Of a DNA stretch of 64,000 nucleotides, positions 49,381 to 61,871 are shown in pieces. Position 1 is the first letter of the stretch. Each line of letters starts with the position of its first letter. The position numbers and the translations under genes are program-made. The notes under the pieces were generated by a model. It did not search any database, was not told the origin of the DNA, and saw nothing but the letters and a program-made list of their open reading frames with translations. The stretch spans positions 92,481 to 156,480 of the forward strand of contig BRZM01000133.1 of NCBI GenBank assembly GCA_033238685.1. Direction: 5' to 3'. Origin of the DNA: Lates japonicus (Eukaryota).

Positions 49381-51584
49381 CTGCGAAACACAACAAATCA
49401 ACCAGGACGGAGGGGAGGGAGAGTCCACGTCAGCGCAGAGGGAGCGGCCGGTGTGAGGCTGGAAGAAGCAGCAGATGCTCTTTGTGGAGTCACAGCAGGC
49501 CGAGAGAACAGGGGACACAGAGTGGGGGGCAATAATAAGAATGGCAGGGCTGGGTGGAGGTGACGGCAGATGCAGGTTTCTTAGTATAGGGCAGAGCGGG
49601 GCAAGTACAGCTGTATAAATGAAGTCCATTAATGACAGCAGCATCAGGCTTTAAGGAGGAGGGGCAGCGAAGAGTATGACCAAGTTACTCGAGGTTTGAT
49701 CTGAAGTGCTCACTGCTTTAAATCACTTACCGGATCATCCACTCTATACTGAACCGTCACACTCTGATGGAAGAGCAGACGAGAAATATGATAAATAATC
49801 AAGAGGAGGAATCACTATTCAATTAACTTCCTGAGTCCTCGTTGTGGATGTAAGATTTTGGGTTTGCTGCACCTCGTACTCTAATGAATCAACTGTTGTC
49901 CCTATTAGCCAGCACTGTTCTTGGGAAGTCTAGTGTCCAGGGATATTGATTCAGACCGGACTGTCGTTTCTGGATGTTTTGGTCTCCAACAGAGACTCGT
50001 TCTTACAGACCAAACAGATGTGCTCGGAGTCCGATAAAATGTCACAAATGTTCAACAATCAGAGATTTTAGATGTTTTGCTTGTTGTTTTATGTTCAGGT
50101 CCTGACATAAACAGTTTAACACCAGCTCCCAGACAGTTAAATAAATCCACTGTCTCCCATGTGTGGACTTTAGTTTTATAATGAATCAGTCCCACTGATC
50201 CCAAACAGCAGAAATTAAAGATGGACAAACCAACACCAGGTCTCTCAGAAGAATTTGATCATGACATGCTGCTGTAAAATGTCTGACACCTGGGAGGAGA
50301 AACCCTGGCTTTTTAAGAAGGATGATGTGTCATTGTGGCAGCAGAATCTGACTGCAACTACCGAAGCAGATAACCCACACACCAAGATGCACAATTTCGC
50401 TGAGTGGTCTGATTGCAAAAACTGTGGAGAATCAACAGCCCCAGGAAGCTTGAGGAATGAGAGACGCCCAAGTGAGTGGGTGCTCAGTGGTCTGTGGGGT
50501 CCTGATGGGGAGTTGAGAGCGGGGCAGCGATGCAGCTCAAAACAGCCGGGGGGTGAAGGTAAATGGGGAGAAGCTGTCGCTCGATGGCGGGGAGGGGGAC
50601 TCTTACCATGACATTTGTCCCTGAGAACCCAGATGTCCCCAAAGGGACACCTAGACTGAGTGATATGGGCTTGAGACAGACCTACCAGAGAATTTGATGG
50701 ACTGTTCCGTCGGGGTCAGTAGACCGAGAGGAGGCAGGGGTCTTTGATTTGCTTTTCATGCAGTTTACTGATACTTTTTGATCCAGGATCCAGGAAACAG
50801 TCTGTCTTTACGTGACCGTTCTCATCATCCAGGCTTCATCTCACATCCACACCACTGTTTGTCTTTAATCAGTACGCTAGGTCTACAGTCACACCTGCAC
50901 AGTGTGAGGATCAGTAAACTGCCTCTTTGAAACAAACCATTTCACATCTAGGTTTTCCAGAAACCAGGATGAAGGCAGCAGGACCACTGACTGCATCCAA
51001 TGTTGTCATTCAACAGCAGATCCACAAATACTAATCAAACTGGTGAGACAGATGGAGGGAATTCACCCACTCATAACAACATGAACGAAGGCATCACGCG
51101 CCACGGTTTTTAACCAGGAGGGTTTGAGTCCTGACGCTGCCAGCGATCCTCGTCTCAAACCTGCCGAGCAACGCGCCTCATAGGAACATTTTTGTGAGCA
51201 AGTTGTGCCCAGCAGCAGCCTCCCCAAAGACCCAGTGTCTCTCAAAGGCTTTACAGACGTGTCTGAGCTGAACACGCCGACTTTTCAGACTCACCTCAGT
51301 CTGGTTTGAAGCAGTCTAACAGGCTTCTTTTTAGAGTCCCATAATAAATAGAAATATAAAGAAACAAACAACATTATGTTATTATTGGTACCATCCTCAT
51401 CTGAGACACAACATAGCTGAGTGAGGTTATGTTGTAAGTAGAGCTGAGAACAGTTGATCAGCAGATATTGATATTTCTGTGGCTGTTAATCAGTTATGAG
51501 GACACGCTGCCTTGTTTTAAGTATGACAGGAATAGGATTAAATAACTAATGAATTTATTTTTGTCACTGACAGACTCAGATTGT

Positions 51585-51905
51585 TTTCCTAAAATTGAGG
51601 GCCAGATGATAGGATTCCTACAGACAGAGCTTTTATTAAAGATAAATCCTTTAGTTTAACCAGAAACATTCCTCATATAGTCATCAGACTCCATTGACAA
51701 AAAACAGGATGATTGGGAGCTGCTGGAATACCACTGCCCTGGAAGTGTATTTGTGTTACTGTGACATTCAGTGGTGAAGAAGAATCAGGATACTACTGCA
51801 GTGTACCTGTACAGTAACACAAACACTGAGGTAATAGTATTCCAGCAACTCCTGTGTTCTGCTTAGTAAAATTCCTGTAATCGTCACTGGAGTCTGGTAC
51901 TGTCC
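51585..51905. mobile_element. MITE-like element copy (degenerate)
   Basis: Same flank (gatgataggattcctacagacagagc, tttagtttaaccagaaacattcc) and core, with many substitutions. Further remnants lie at about 560-720, 52805-53050, 53810-54010 and 54595-54745. Confidence 0.5.
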
Positions 51906-54900
51906 AAAGATGTTTGTCCCTATCAATCATTTAAAAAATAAGACCCAGACTCACATATACCAGAGTGTTTCTGTGGTGCAGCCTCAGTGTAGCGCAAACT
52001 GCACTGCAGAACCTTTACTTCCTTGAACTGAAAAAGCAGAGGTCTTGAGGTTTAATGGCAGCCGTCACCTTTGAGGTGTGTCCTGAGGTGTATACCTGTA
52101 CAGTAGTGAGACCACGGGCCAGCTGCAGCACCAAGTGGGGTGGGGCTTACAGAGCGAGACAAACTGAGGGGCGGAGCTGAGGCTGGAGGAGAGGGGGGCT
52201 CTGGACAGCAGCTGCTGGCGCTGGGTGGGCAGAGAGGCGTGCCGAGACAGGGTGCCCCCTACAGGTGAGACGGGGAGGATGAGGAAGAGGAGGGGAGGAG
52301 GAGGAGGCACAAGCTTGATACAGGAGGTCAAAGATGGTGTGGTGTGGATGGAGAGGTGGATGCAGGAGGGAGGAGAGAGGAGGTGGAGGCATGGGATGGT
52401 CTGACAGCAGGCGGATTAGTTCCTGACTCAGGATCTGATCTACACCAGCCTTTCAGGTCAGCATGGTGTCTCACGGTGGAGGCTGTCCGATGGCGGAGGC
52501 ATGGAGATAAAACAGACCTGTGGTGTGAGATCTGACTCGTCCGTCATGAGTAACTGACCGTTTCTCCTGCTGATGACCCATATCAGGATCTATACAGTCA
52601 ACCGTCCGGCCCCCTCGCCGTCGTGGCGGCCCAGCGCCAGCCTCAATGCAGTTCCCAAATCTGCATGAGGAGGCGGTCACTGTGTTACACCAACGATTTA
52701 TGAACTCAAATCAGACTTTTCTGAAACACACAGACGAACAGTTTCTAAATATGTAACAGATAAAATAAAGTCACGTTAAAGAGACAAGATGCAAAAACAA
52801 ATTCAGATTATTAGTATAAATATCTGACAACATGATGACAGGATTCCTACAGAGACAGAGCTTTTTATTAAAGAGGAAGATCCTTTAGTTTAACCAGTGT
52901 ATCTGTGTTACTGTGTGACTTTCTTAGCAGAAGAAGTAACTGACATTTCGTCAGAAGTAAAAACAGGCAACACAGACACACTTACATGGAGGTGGTATCT
53001 AGCAGCCCTGTGCTCACCAGTAAAATTCTGTTTTGTCAATGGAGTCTAAATTATGTTTTGGTTAAAGTAAAAGACCGTCCCATCCCCACATGGTGTCCCA
53101 GGATCCAAACCTGCAGCCAGTGACACTTCTGAGTTAAACCACCACAGTGGAGGAAACATCATAGAGTCTGATTTTCCACTGTTTAAACATGAGCAGACAT
53201 TGATCTTGCAGGAAGAGCTTGATGTTTAATATTTATAACATGTCCCGATGACGTCCACAGACTGACACCTGCATCGCGCCCCTGTGTAGCTCCTCCTGTT
53301 AAACACCCAGCCTGATCATACCAAGGTAAAGTCTGACCACCGACAGCTGAATTTACAGCTCAGAATGAACCCCAGGCGCCTAATCTCAACAGAAGCGTAG
53401 TTACCAGTTTAACACTCAAACACAGGTACTGGAACAGATACAGGAAGATCAGATCCCTCCCACAGAAACCCGAAGACTAGAATCATTCCGATAGTAGAAG
53501 TTAGAACAGCACTGAAAATTTCACCGCAGCTAATTAACTCCATATGAAGCAAATAAAGGTCTTATTCTGAACTTGATAAACACTAGCTTAATACAGAAAG
53601 AATCCAGACTCTCTGTGGCCAACAACCTACACATGTTTCGTTGTTGAGCAATTACACCGACTTAGAAACTGAGATTCTCACCATCATCTTGACTCATCTG
53701 AATCAACTATGAGTTCAACCCATCCTGACATTAAGATGGGCAACTGCTCATTAAGTATTTTCCATCTGAACTACTGGTACAAAGTGACAAGAGAAGTCTT
53801 TTTAGTTTCATTCAGAAAATCTCTATATTTTCAGCACAGATTTATTGACAAAAACAGGATGCATTGAGTTGTTGAATATTACTGCTCCATCTGTTAGAGT
53901 GTCGTTACTGTGTGGTACTTTTACTTTATGTAAAGTATCTGGCTTCTCCACCACTGAAATACACAGTAACACAGATGCACTCATTGATGGAGTGCAGTAT
54001 TCTGTGTTCGGTTAAAACTTGCTTTTTAGCCAAGAGTCATATAGAGATGTTTTGCCGTTCAAAAGGATCTTCTTATTTTTACAGTACAGCTGAGGCAGGA
54101 AAACAAGGCACAGAGGGAAACACCGTCTGAACCTGTGGAGAACCAGATGTCAGCCGCTCATAGTGATATACACACACACACACCCTGACACACACATTTA
54201 CAGCCGACAGAGGGGGAATATAGGACTGAGTTCACAGGAAGGTGTTGTCTGTCTAAAAGTGTGTGTGTGTGACTTGGTTCCCACCTGTCTCTCATAGAGT
54301 TCAGCGTTGTTCCCATATTAAAGGTGTGATGATGGAGTTCAGACTGAAAGCGTGACAGATCCTGTCAAACACTCAGACTGTATGCTTTACCACAATGCCA
54401 TGAGGAGAGCGTGTATCGGCGGTGGAAATCTTTAACTAATAGTAAATAAATTAATTCATTTCTTTGTCTTTCTGGTTACTCTTCTTCTCATTATTAATAC
54501 ATATTATTATTACAACACGTTTGTTTACTGTTTACTACTTTAATCATCAAGAATTTTATTTAACGTTTTTACAACTATTTATAATCTGAATTTTCTATAC
54601 TTTTGGTGGAAGAAGTAATCAGATACTTTTACTGAAGTAAAGTAACACACAGTAAACACAGACACACTTAAGATAGAGGTATTCCCAAGAGTTCCCCAGT
54701 AAACTCTTGCTTTTTGCCCAATGGAGTCTGGTGAAAGACAGCAGAGATGTTGGTTGTTTAAAGGATCTGACTCTTTAATAAAAGCCTGTGTTCATGATGC
54801 AGTATTTCAGCTTTGTTCATGCTCCTGCCACAATATAATCCACCAACATGGCTGCTAACACAAACGGTGTTCGAGCTGTTATTCATTTTAACTTTAGTAT

Positions 54901-55119
54901 CATCGAGCTGAGCGTCTTCAGGAATTATGTTCATATTGGACGACTGCGCAGAAACAGCCAACGCTCAGTGTGTGGAGGTCAGAGAGGATGATGGGAGTGT
55001 TTCCAGCTCATGATGACCAGAGCTGATCCAGTCACAGTTTGTCCTCTTGTATTCCCTGTAAAAACCGTCCACCCTGAGGTCTGAGGATCATCCTCAGTGA
55101 CGAGACCCGAGTGTCTCAC

Positions 55120-55215
55120 CATGATGATGTCTCCGGCTCGGATGTTGAGGGCGGTGGGATCGTGGAGGTTCCAGTAGTCCTTCAGAGCTCTGACCTGCAA
55201 AACCCCCGTCGCATC
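55120..55215 (-). CDS. CASKIN-family exon, N-terminal half of the SH3 domain
   Basis: ORF 54979..55200: [32 protein letters not shown]. This is an ALYDY-type SH3 start that closely resembles the CASKIN SH3. Donor ATG|GTGAGA. The exon for the second half of the SH3 domain was not located. Confidence 0.55.
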
Positions 55216-55584
55216 TGTAGAGGAAACATCCAGAGGGAGGGAAGTTCAGAAAACTGGACCAGAACCACTGAGATCATGATCCAACCCATCCCAACCCTCC
55301 TTTAAACGTATACAGTTTATCTAACATTACAGCTGTATTTCCTTTCCCACCTAAGGTGGTTATAGTATAATTGCGGAGAAATATAAATGAATGACATGAA
55401 TTCTTATTTAATTTATCTCTGTCAGAATCCGTTTATCATTTTCCTGTGATGAGTCAAAATCATCAGTCAACCAGAGTGTTAACTCCTCCTTAGGTCATTA
55501 TGACTACTCCAAATGTCCACCAACCCAAACTTATTTCTAATGTTTTTGATGTAAATGATCTTTGAAACTGAAACACAGAGTCAT

Positions 55585-55795
55585 ATTAGATTCTTGAGTT
55601 GACAGAAACAGGATTTAATCCAGAGCTGCTGGAATACCTTCCACTAGTGTGTTACTGTGTGACTTTCAGTGGTATACAACGATTTACTGAAGTAAAAGCA
55701 CCACAGCAAACATGCCAGACACACTCAACAGATGGAGGCAGTGGTATCCAGCGCCCTGCAGTCCCTGCTTTGTCAATGAGCCTTGTAGTGATATA
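55585..55795. mobile_element. MITE-like element copy (diverged)
   Basis: Retains the ggaataccttccact...gactttcagtgg...cagatggaggcagtggtatccag core. Confidence 0.55.
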
Positions 55796-56689
55796 AAGAC
55801 GTGTTTCTGCTTAAAATTAAAGACCCTGACTCCTAGCATCGTTTGTTTTTTAGTCAAGAGAAATCTGACAACTAGCTTTTCATTTTTAGACTGTGAAGAG
55901 GATGAAGACGATTTACTGTTTATCTTTTGTTTCAGCCAAAACTTTTTCACTTTTCACTTCTTTCCACAAACACACACACAGAGGAAATAAAGCAGAAAAC
56001 ACACAGAGGCAGAGAGCTGGATACCAAAATAACACTGAGATTTTCGACTCAGAGGAAATGAATTTGAAATCCAGCAGGCAGATCTCGTAGCGCATAATCC
56101 CAGTTTGCTCTTGAAGTGATTCATCGTCCCAGACTGTGAACTCTGAGAACTGACTGCTGTATCTAGCCCCAACACGACACATCATTAATTAACGACGCGG
56201 TCACGAAAAAGATGAAGTATTCATCTCGCCTCTGCAATTAGTAAACAGCCGGGAGTTCTGAGCGCCCATGGCTTAAACGACTTAACACAACTCATTTATT
56301 ATTCCTCAGTCTGTTCCAGGTAATTTCAAAGGCTGTAGATTATAGATACAGAGCGATACTGTATACAGCTCAGTTTAGTAGCAGTTTGCTTGGAAGCCCT
56401 GAGAGTCATTAGATAAGAAGCGAACGCTACATAACCCCGTAAATTTAAACACAGCTGCTGTTTGAATTAGTCAGGTCAGCCCATCTGCTGCATGAGAAGA
56501 TTTTGAAACATACATCACACCGAAAACTGTGACGTTTACACTTCAAGGATCAATAAAGTTTTATGTTTACCTGCACTTCCAGTTAGTGTGGAGCTACATC
56601 TTTGGACATTTTAATGTTACTTCATCTTATTACGCCTCGCAAATACATACAGTGTGGTTGTTTTTTACTGTATTATTCATCATTGGAGG

Positions 56690-57200
56690 CAGTGTTGCAG
56701 CTCGAGTCTCTAAACCCCAAGTCCAAGGGCAAGTCGAGTCTCAAGTCCCAGTTTTCAAGCCTGAGTTTAAGATCAAATCATCAGCACCAGTCTGTTTCGA
56801 GTCACTGTAAAGAGCTGACCTGTGAGTCTCCATTCCCCAGTTATAGTTTAGTCTCAAGTCCCAGTGTCTCTAGCCTGAGTTCCAACCACCAAAGAAGAGT
56901 TTGAATCAAGTCTAGCTCCATCGCTTATGTCCCGAGCTGAGTTCCTGAGTCCCCACATGGCTCCAAGCTGTGAGTCAACAACAAGAAACCCGAGTTGAGT
57001 CCCCTGTCGCCTGAGTCTGAGCTGTTCGAGTCCCCTACCTTGGTCAAGTCCAAGTCCGAGTTGAGTCCCCAACAGAATATGAGTACGAAGTCCAAGTCTA
57101 AACAAAGAAGAATCCAGAGTCAAATAATCACGCTTGACCTAAACAAGTCTTGAGTTCACGTGTTCGAGGCTGAGCACAAGCCTCGAGTCATGCAAGTAAG
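56690..57200. repeat. Low-complexity tandem repeat (gagtcccaagtc / tcaagtcc units)
   Basis: Reiterated (c)aagtc(c/t)(c/a)ag(t) motifs. Same family as 45430-45780. Confidence 0.6.
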
Positions 57201-57764
57201 AGTCGAGTCCCACCACTGGTCTGAGTCGGTCTCGAGGAGGAGAGGATGAAGGAATAGAAGAAAGTAGAATAGAGTAAAGAGGGACTGCACCTAACTCGGA
57301 GCAGCTGCTTGATGTCCTGCTGGCGCAGGAGGTGGTGAACTGCTGACGGCGTCGCGCCGCCTGGGTTGTAGGCGCTTGATGACGCCCACTCCGGCCTGCG
57401 AGGACAATCATACAGAGGCCACAGGACAGCGCTTTTACCAAGTTTTACTCTTAACCTGCCTCCCCAGCCCTTGATGAAACAATGAGTCTCAAAGGCAGCC
57501 TTTGGGGGCTGTCGAGGTTGATCTGATCTTAAGCCAGCACTGAGCTGAAATGGAAGCTGCCATGTAGGATGAGAGATAATGTCAACACCATCAGGGTAAA
57601 ACAGTGTAACACAACAACCTTCTCAGGTTATTACTGACATGATGGATCTATGCTACTTAGTGAGGAAGATAGACAAAACACTCCAACACTGTTTATTAAT
57701 GCCAAAAAGCTTTGAATCAGTGCATTAATTAAAGAACACTGGAACTGCTGAATGTAAATATCTT

Positions 57765-57990
57765 CGAGTATTTATTAGATTTATTGATAAAAAACAGGGA
57801 TTTGTCTGAGCTGTTGGACATTTCGCTCATCTAGTGTGTCTGTGCATTGCTTGACTTCGCGGAGGAAGAAGTAACTGATACTTTACAGGAGGTAAAAGTA
57901 CCACATGCAACACAAACACACTAACAGATGGAGGCAGTGTATTCCAGCAGCTCCGCAAATCCCTGTTTTTGCCAATGGAGTCTGGTAGGA
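57765..57990. mobile_element. MITE-like element copy (diverged)
   Basis: Has the central palindrome and right arm acacactaacagatggaggcagtgtattccagcagctcc. Confidence 0.6.
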
Positions 57991-58633
57991 TATACAGTGA
58001 CGTATGTCCTCAGATGAACTCATATCCAGCAGGCAATGGACACCTCTGTTTTCCTGCACAGACGCCCCATGCAGAGCTGTTCCAGACTTGGTGGTCTGTT
58101 GATGTCACGTCACCAGCAGCAGCCTGAACAAACACACAGACACGCTATCCACATGTATTCCTGAGGCCGAGCAGGAGCCCTGAGCTCAGAAGTCCCCATG
58201 ATCTGAAGGGAAGTTTGATCCCAAAGCTCTGGTTTTTTGTCGTGTAGCTGAGTCTCAGAGCGCTGCAGGTGTAATGAAAACATAATGGAGTCAAAGACAG
58301 TTGGAAAAAAAAGATGAAGAAACATGAACCTTTTGTGTGTGTGTTGTTCTCCTTCTAGCTCTGTAAAAATCATCACCCTCAGTGGAATAAATGAAGAAAA
58401 ATGTCCAATCTGCTGCTGTCTGTACGTCTGTACGTATGCTCACTTTATTAGGAACACCTGTAGCACCTGCTTACGCAGGTATCCCATCATGTGAATGGAT
58501 GATGACTCTGCAGAAAGGATGTGATGCAGGTGACAGGTGAGGTGTTCCTAACAAAGTGCACATCTCCTCTGTACGACTCCACACACCTGTTATACAGCAG
58601 GTTCATGTGCAGTTTTAAAACGCTGACTGTTCT

Positions 58634-58641
58634 CCTCCACT

Positions 58642-58692
<51 letters not shown>
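58634..58692. repeat. (AC)n microsatellite, about 29 units
   Basis: Pure dinucleotide run. Confidence 0.95.
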
Positions 58693-58694
<2 letters not shown>

Positions 58695-58781
58695 AACACA
58701 CGTGTAACAGGGATAAAAGCCTTTTAAAACTGCGTCACAGAGATGCTGTAGTGTATTTCAGATCTCTGCTCCTGGGAATGT

Positions 58782-58782
<1 letters not shown>

Positions 58783-58863
<81 letters not shown>
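58783..58863. repeat. (AC)n microsatellite, about 40 units
   Basis: Pure dinucleotide run. Confidence 0.95.
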
Positions 58864-58864
<1 letters not shown>

Positions 58865-60495
58865 CCCTATAAATGAAAGGCCCAGTGAGCCAGCCACAGA
58901 CCAGAGCCCCACCCTCTGTTTGAACGGCGAATTTGAGAATCACCGGCATCAGGACCCACATCAGGATGATCACGTCTGGCCGCTTTGCTGTGAGAATGAA
59001 CGCCTCAGTTCAGACGGGATCCTGTCACAGCGTGATCTTTCTCAGATGTAACCACAGTTTAATGTAAATGTAAACTGCTGCGGCCAGTAAAAACCTGAGT
59101 TGACAGGAGCTGCCTGATGTTTCCACCTCTCGTCTCTGTTCAGTGTCAGCTGCTGTAATTTCACACTGTATCTACAGTTCTCAACAGAACATGAGTTGTC
59201 GCACCACATCGCCAGATCTGTGGAAACATGAAGGAATTTCACACTGACCTTCCTATCAAGAGAGAAAAATGAAATACTCCTGACTCTAACTCAGGGTTCA
59301 TGTACAACGTCACAGTAACCAAACTTAAGAAAGCAAAGAAAGCATTTCTTTTTAAAAATCCTGAGCGAGTCTTCGTTACAGTAGGTATAACTACTGTAAG
59401 GAAGAACAGAAGCAGACAGAGAGGATCTGATTGATGGATGTTATCTGAGGTTATACAAAATCCTGCTTGACAGTCAGCCTATAAATCCTAAAAAAATAAT
59501 ACAATAAATTTTACCAAATAAATGAGAAGAACAAATCCATCTTCTTCTGTTTGTGCAGTATCTCTCTCCTGCCTTGTTTACCACGAGATTGTTCCTTTAA
59601 GTGTTTTGAGCTGGGCTGTATGAAGCTGCAGGATCATGTGACAGATGTGATCGTATCGATGATGTCTTTGCGTCCATAGGCGCACAGGTGCAGCGGCAAG
59701 AAGGCCAGTCTGCTTGCCCTTCCTCTCCTCCAACAATGCCACCACCATACTGCTGGAGCAACAGCCAACAATTGAGGGGGCAGTAAACGAAATATAGACA
59801 GTGATGACGAAGTTGTAAACTACTGCCAACAACCTGCGCCACACACACACACACACACACACACAGCATCAGTGAGTGTGAGGAACAGCAGAGGTGATCC
59901 AGATGTTTGAAGGATTAGTGAGTCACAGCTGGAAGCTTCAGCTCAGGGAGAAAACTCAGAGAAAAACTGAGTTCACTTGAGAGAAAGCAGAAACAGCTGA
60001 TTACATCTTTTTATTGTTCCTGCTCACTGTGGGTGATGGTTTCATAACGCCCCGACAACCTCTGTAGTCTCATTAGACACTGCTAGCAACAGCCTTTTAA
60101 GACACGAAAGCCTAAACATCAGGAGTGGGGATTTACTGGACCCATTTTATGTCGGAGAACAAACCTGAAAGAAGTCTTGAGCTTGTGTTAAACCACAGAC
60201 CTTATTTCAGACGTTTAACCAGAAACACACTGACTTTGGGATAGGGAACAGGAAGTGCTAACATGCTAACAGGCTAACTGACTTCCTGGTCTCAGGATCC
60301 TGAAGCTCTGTGTGTATCTTCAGGTGTGAACTCAGATTCATTCATAATGAAATGGATCATCAGGACTAAATGAAGTGATGGATCAGTTTGTGTTTGATGA
60401 ACTGAGTGAACGACTGCTCTGACCAGAGGGAGTGAATGGAAACACAGCAGCTGCTGTCAACACAGCCTGACACCAGTGAGTAGCAGCTGAGGCTT

Positions 60496-60498
<3 letters not shown>

Positions 60499-60573
<75 letters not shown>
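60499..60573. repeat. (CA)n microsatellite, about 37 units
   Basis: Pure dinucleotide run. Confidence 0.95.
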
Positions 60574-60575
<2 letters not shown>

Positions 60576-60894
60576 CTAAAGATATTCAGCAGTTTGAACC
60601 AGCTTTGGGGTGAGTGGGGGTCAGCTTTACTTATGTCTCATTTAAACCTACCAGTGTGTGTGTTCAGTGTGTGTTCAGTGTGTGTGGAGCATCTTTCCAC
60701 AGAGTTCATGTAAAACTCTAACCTGCAGTAACACAAACGTGTGTGAGGAATCTGTATGAAAATATCCCAGAGAAACAGGGGAAACAGTGGAGTTCACTGA
60801 AGCATGCGTGTGTTTGTGTGTCCAGCTGTGACTGTAGTGTTCTCCAGTCACATCAGTCAACACTCGCTCCCCAGAGACTGAACCCTGACCCTGA

Positions 60895-61140
60895 ACACAG
60901 AAACATCTCTATATATCTCTACCAGACTCCATTGACAAACAGATTCACCACGCATGGAATACCACTGCCCATCTACAGTAGTTTGTGTTACTGTGTGACT
61001 TTCAGTGGTGGAAGAAGCACCGATACTTTTACCGCAGCAAGCACGCACAGTAACAATAGCACACCAACAGATGGAGGCAGTGGTATTCCAGCAGCTCCTG
61101 TTAAACTTGTTTGTCAAATTGAGCCTGTAGTGACATAGCA
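60895..61140. mobile_element. MITE-like element copy
   Basis: ctctaccagactccattgacaaa...gtgtgactttcagtggtggaagaagc...cagatggaggcagtggtattccagcagctcc. Confidence 0.65.
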
Positions 61141-61833
61141 TCTATCAAAATCCAGAAACAAATACCTTCATGCTTTTAACTCCTCCCTTTGGTAAACAAA
61201 CACATCTTTTTTCTCACCTTGACTTCTTCCAAACCCACAGCTATCCAGAGGCGCCTTCTTGCCTGCTGACCAGACAGGGGTTGACCGATGCTGCAGCAAC
61301 ATCCTCTCAGACTGAAACAAACAGGAAGTTGCTTTTAAATCACAATACCGAAGTGTTCAGAATCAAGGAAAATATGTGGAGACACCGGAGAATCTAGTGA
61401 GAGTCGTGTGTAAATAAGTTCAGCTTTAAATTCAAATAGAAACCGTCTGGTCAGACGAAGGAAGAAATTAAATATTTTATCTTGAACTGAGACGATCAGC
61501 TGCCAGTGGTTTTGTAATGTGGCCTGATAGTGTGTTATAATGGTAATATTAAGGCTGCAGAGTGTGAGTGTGTAACATGTAACTTCTGTCTGACAGTCGT
61601 TCCGGGGCTGCTTGCATCTCCTCCCTTGGTAATCCTGTCTTGAAAATCAACAGAGTGGTGTAATAACAGTCACATCTGGACCCAGGATTAATCATCAACA
61701 CAAAATAAAACTTCGCAGAGTTCACCTCCCAACACACACACACACACACACACATTTGTCCCACACAGACGACAACACAAACAGGGTCATAATCACCTCA
61801 AATTCACACAACACCAACTCGCCATCATCTGAA

Positions 61834-61834
<1 letters not shown>

Positions 61835-61871
<37 letters not shown>
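61835..61871. repeat. (CA)n microsatellite, about 18 units
   Basis: Pure dinucleotide run. Shorter (AC)n/(GT)n runs lie at about 59836-59863, 61734-61755 and 62262-62280. Confidence 0.9.
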
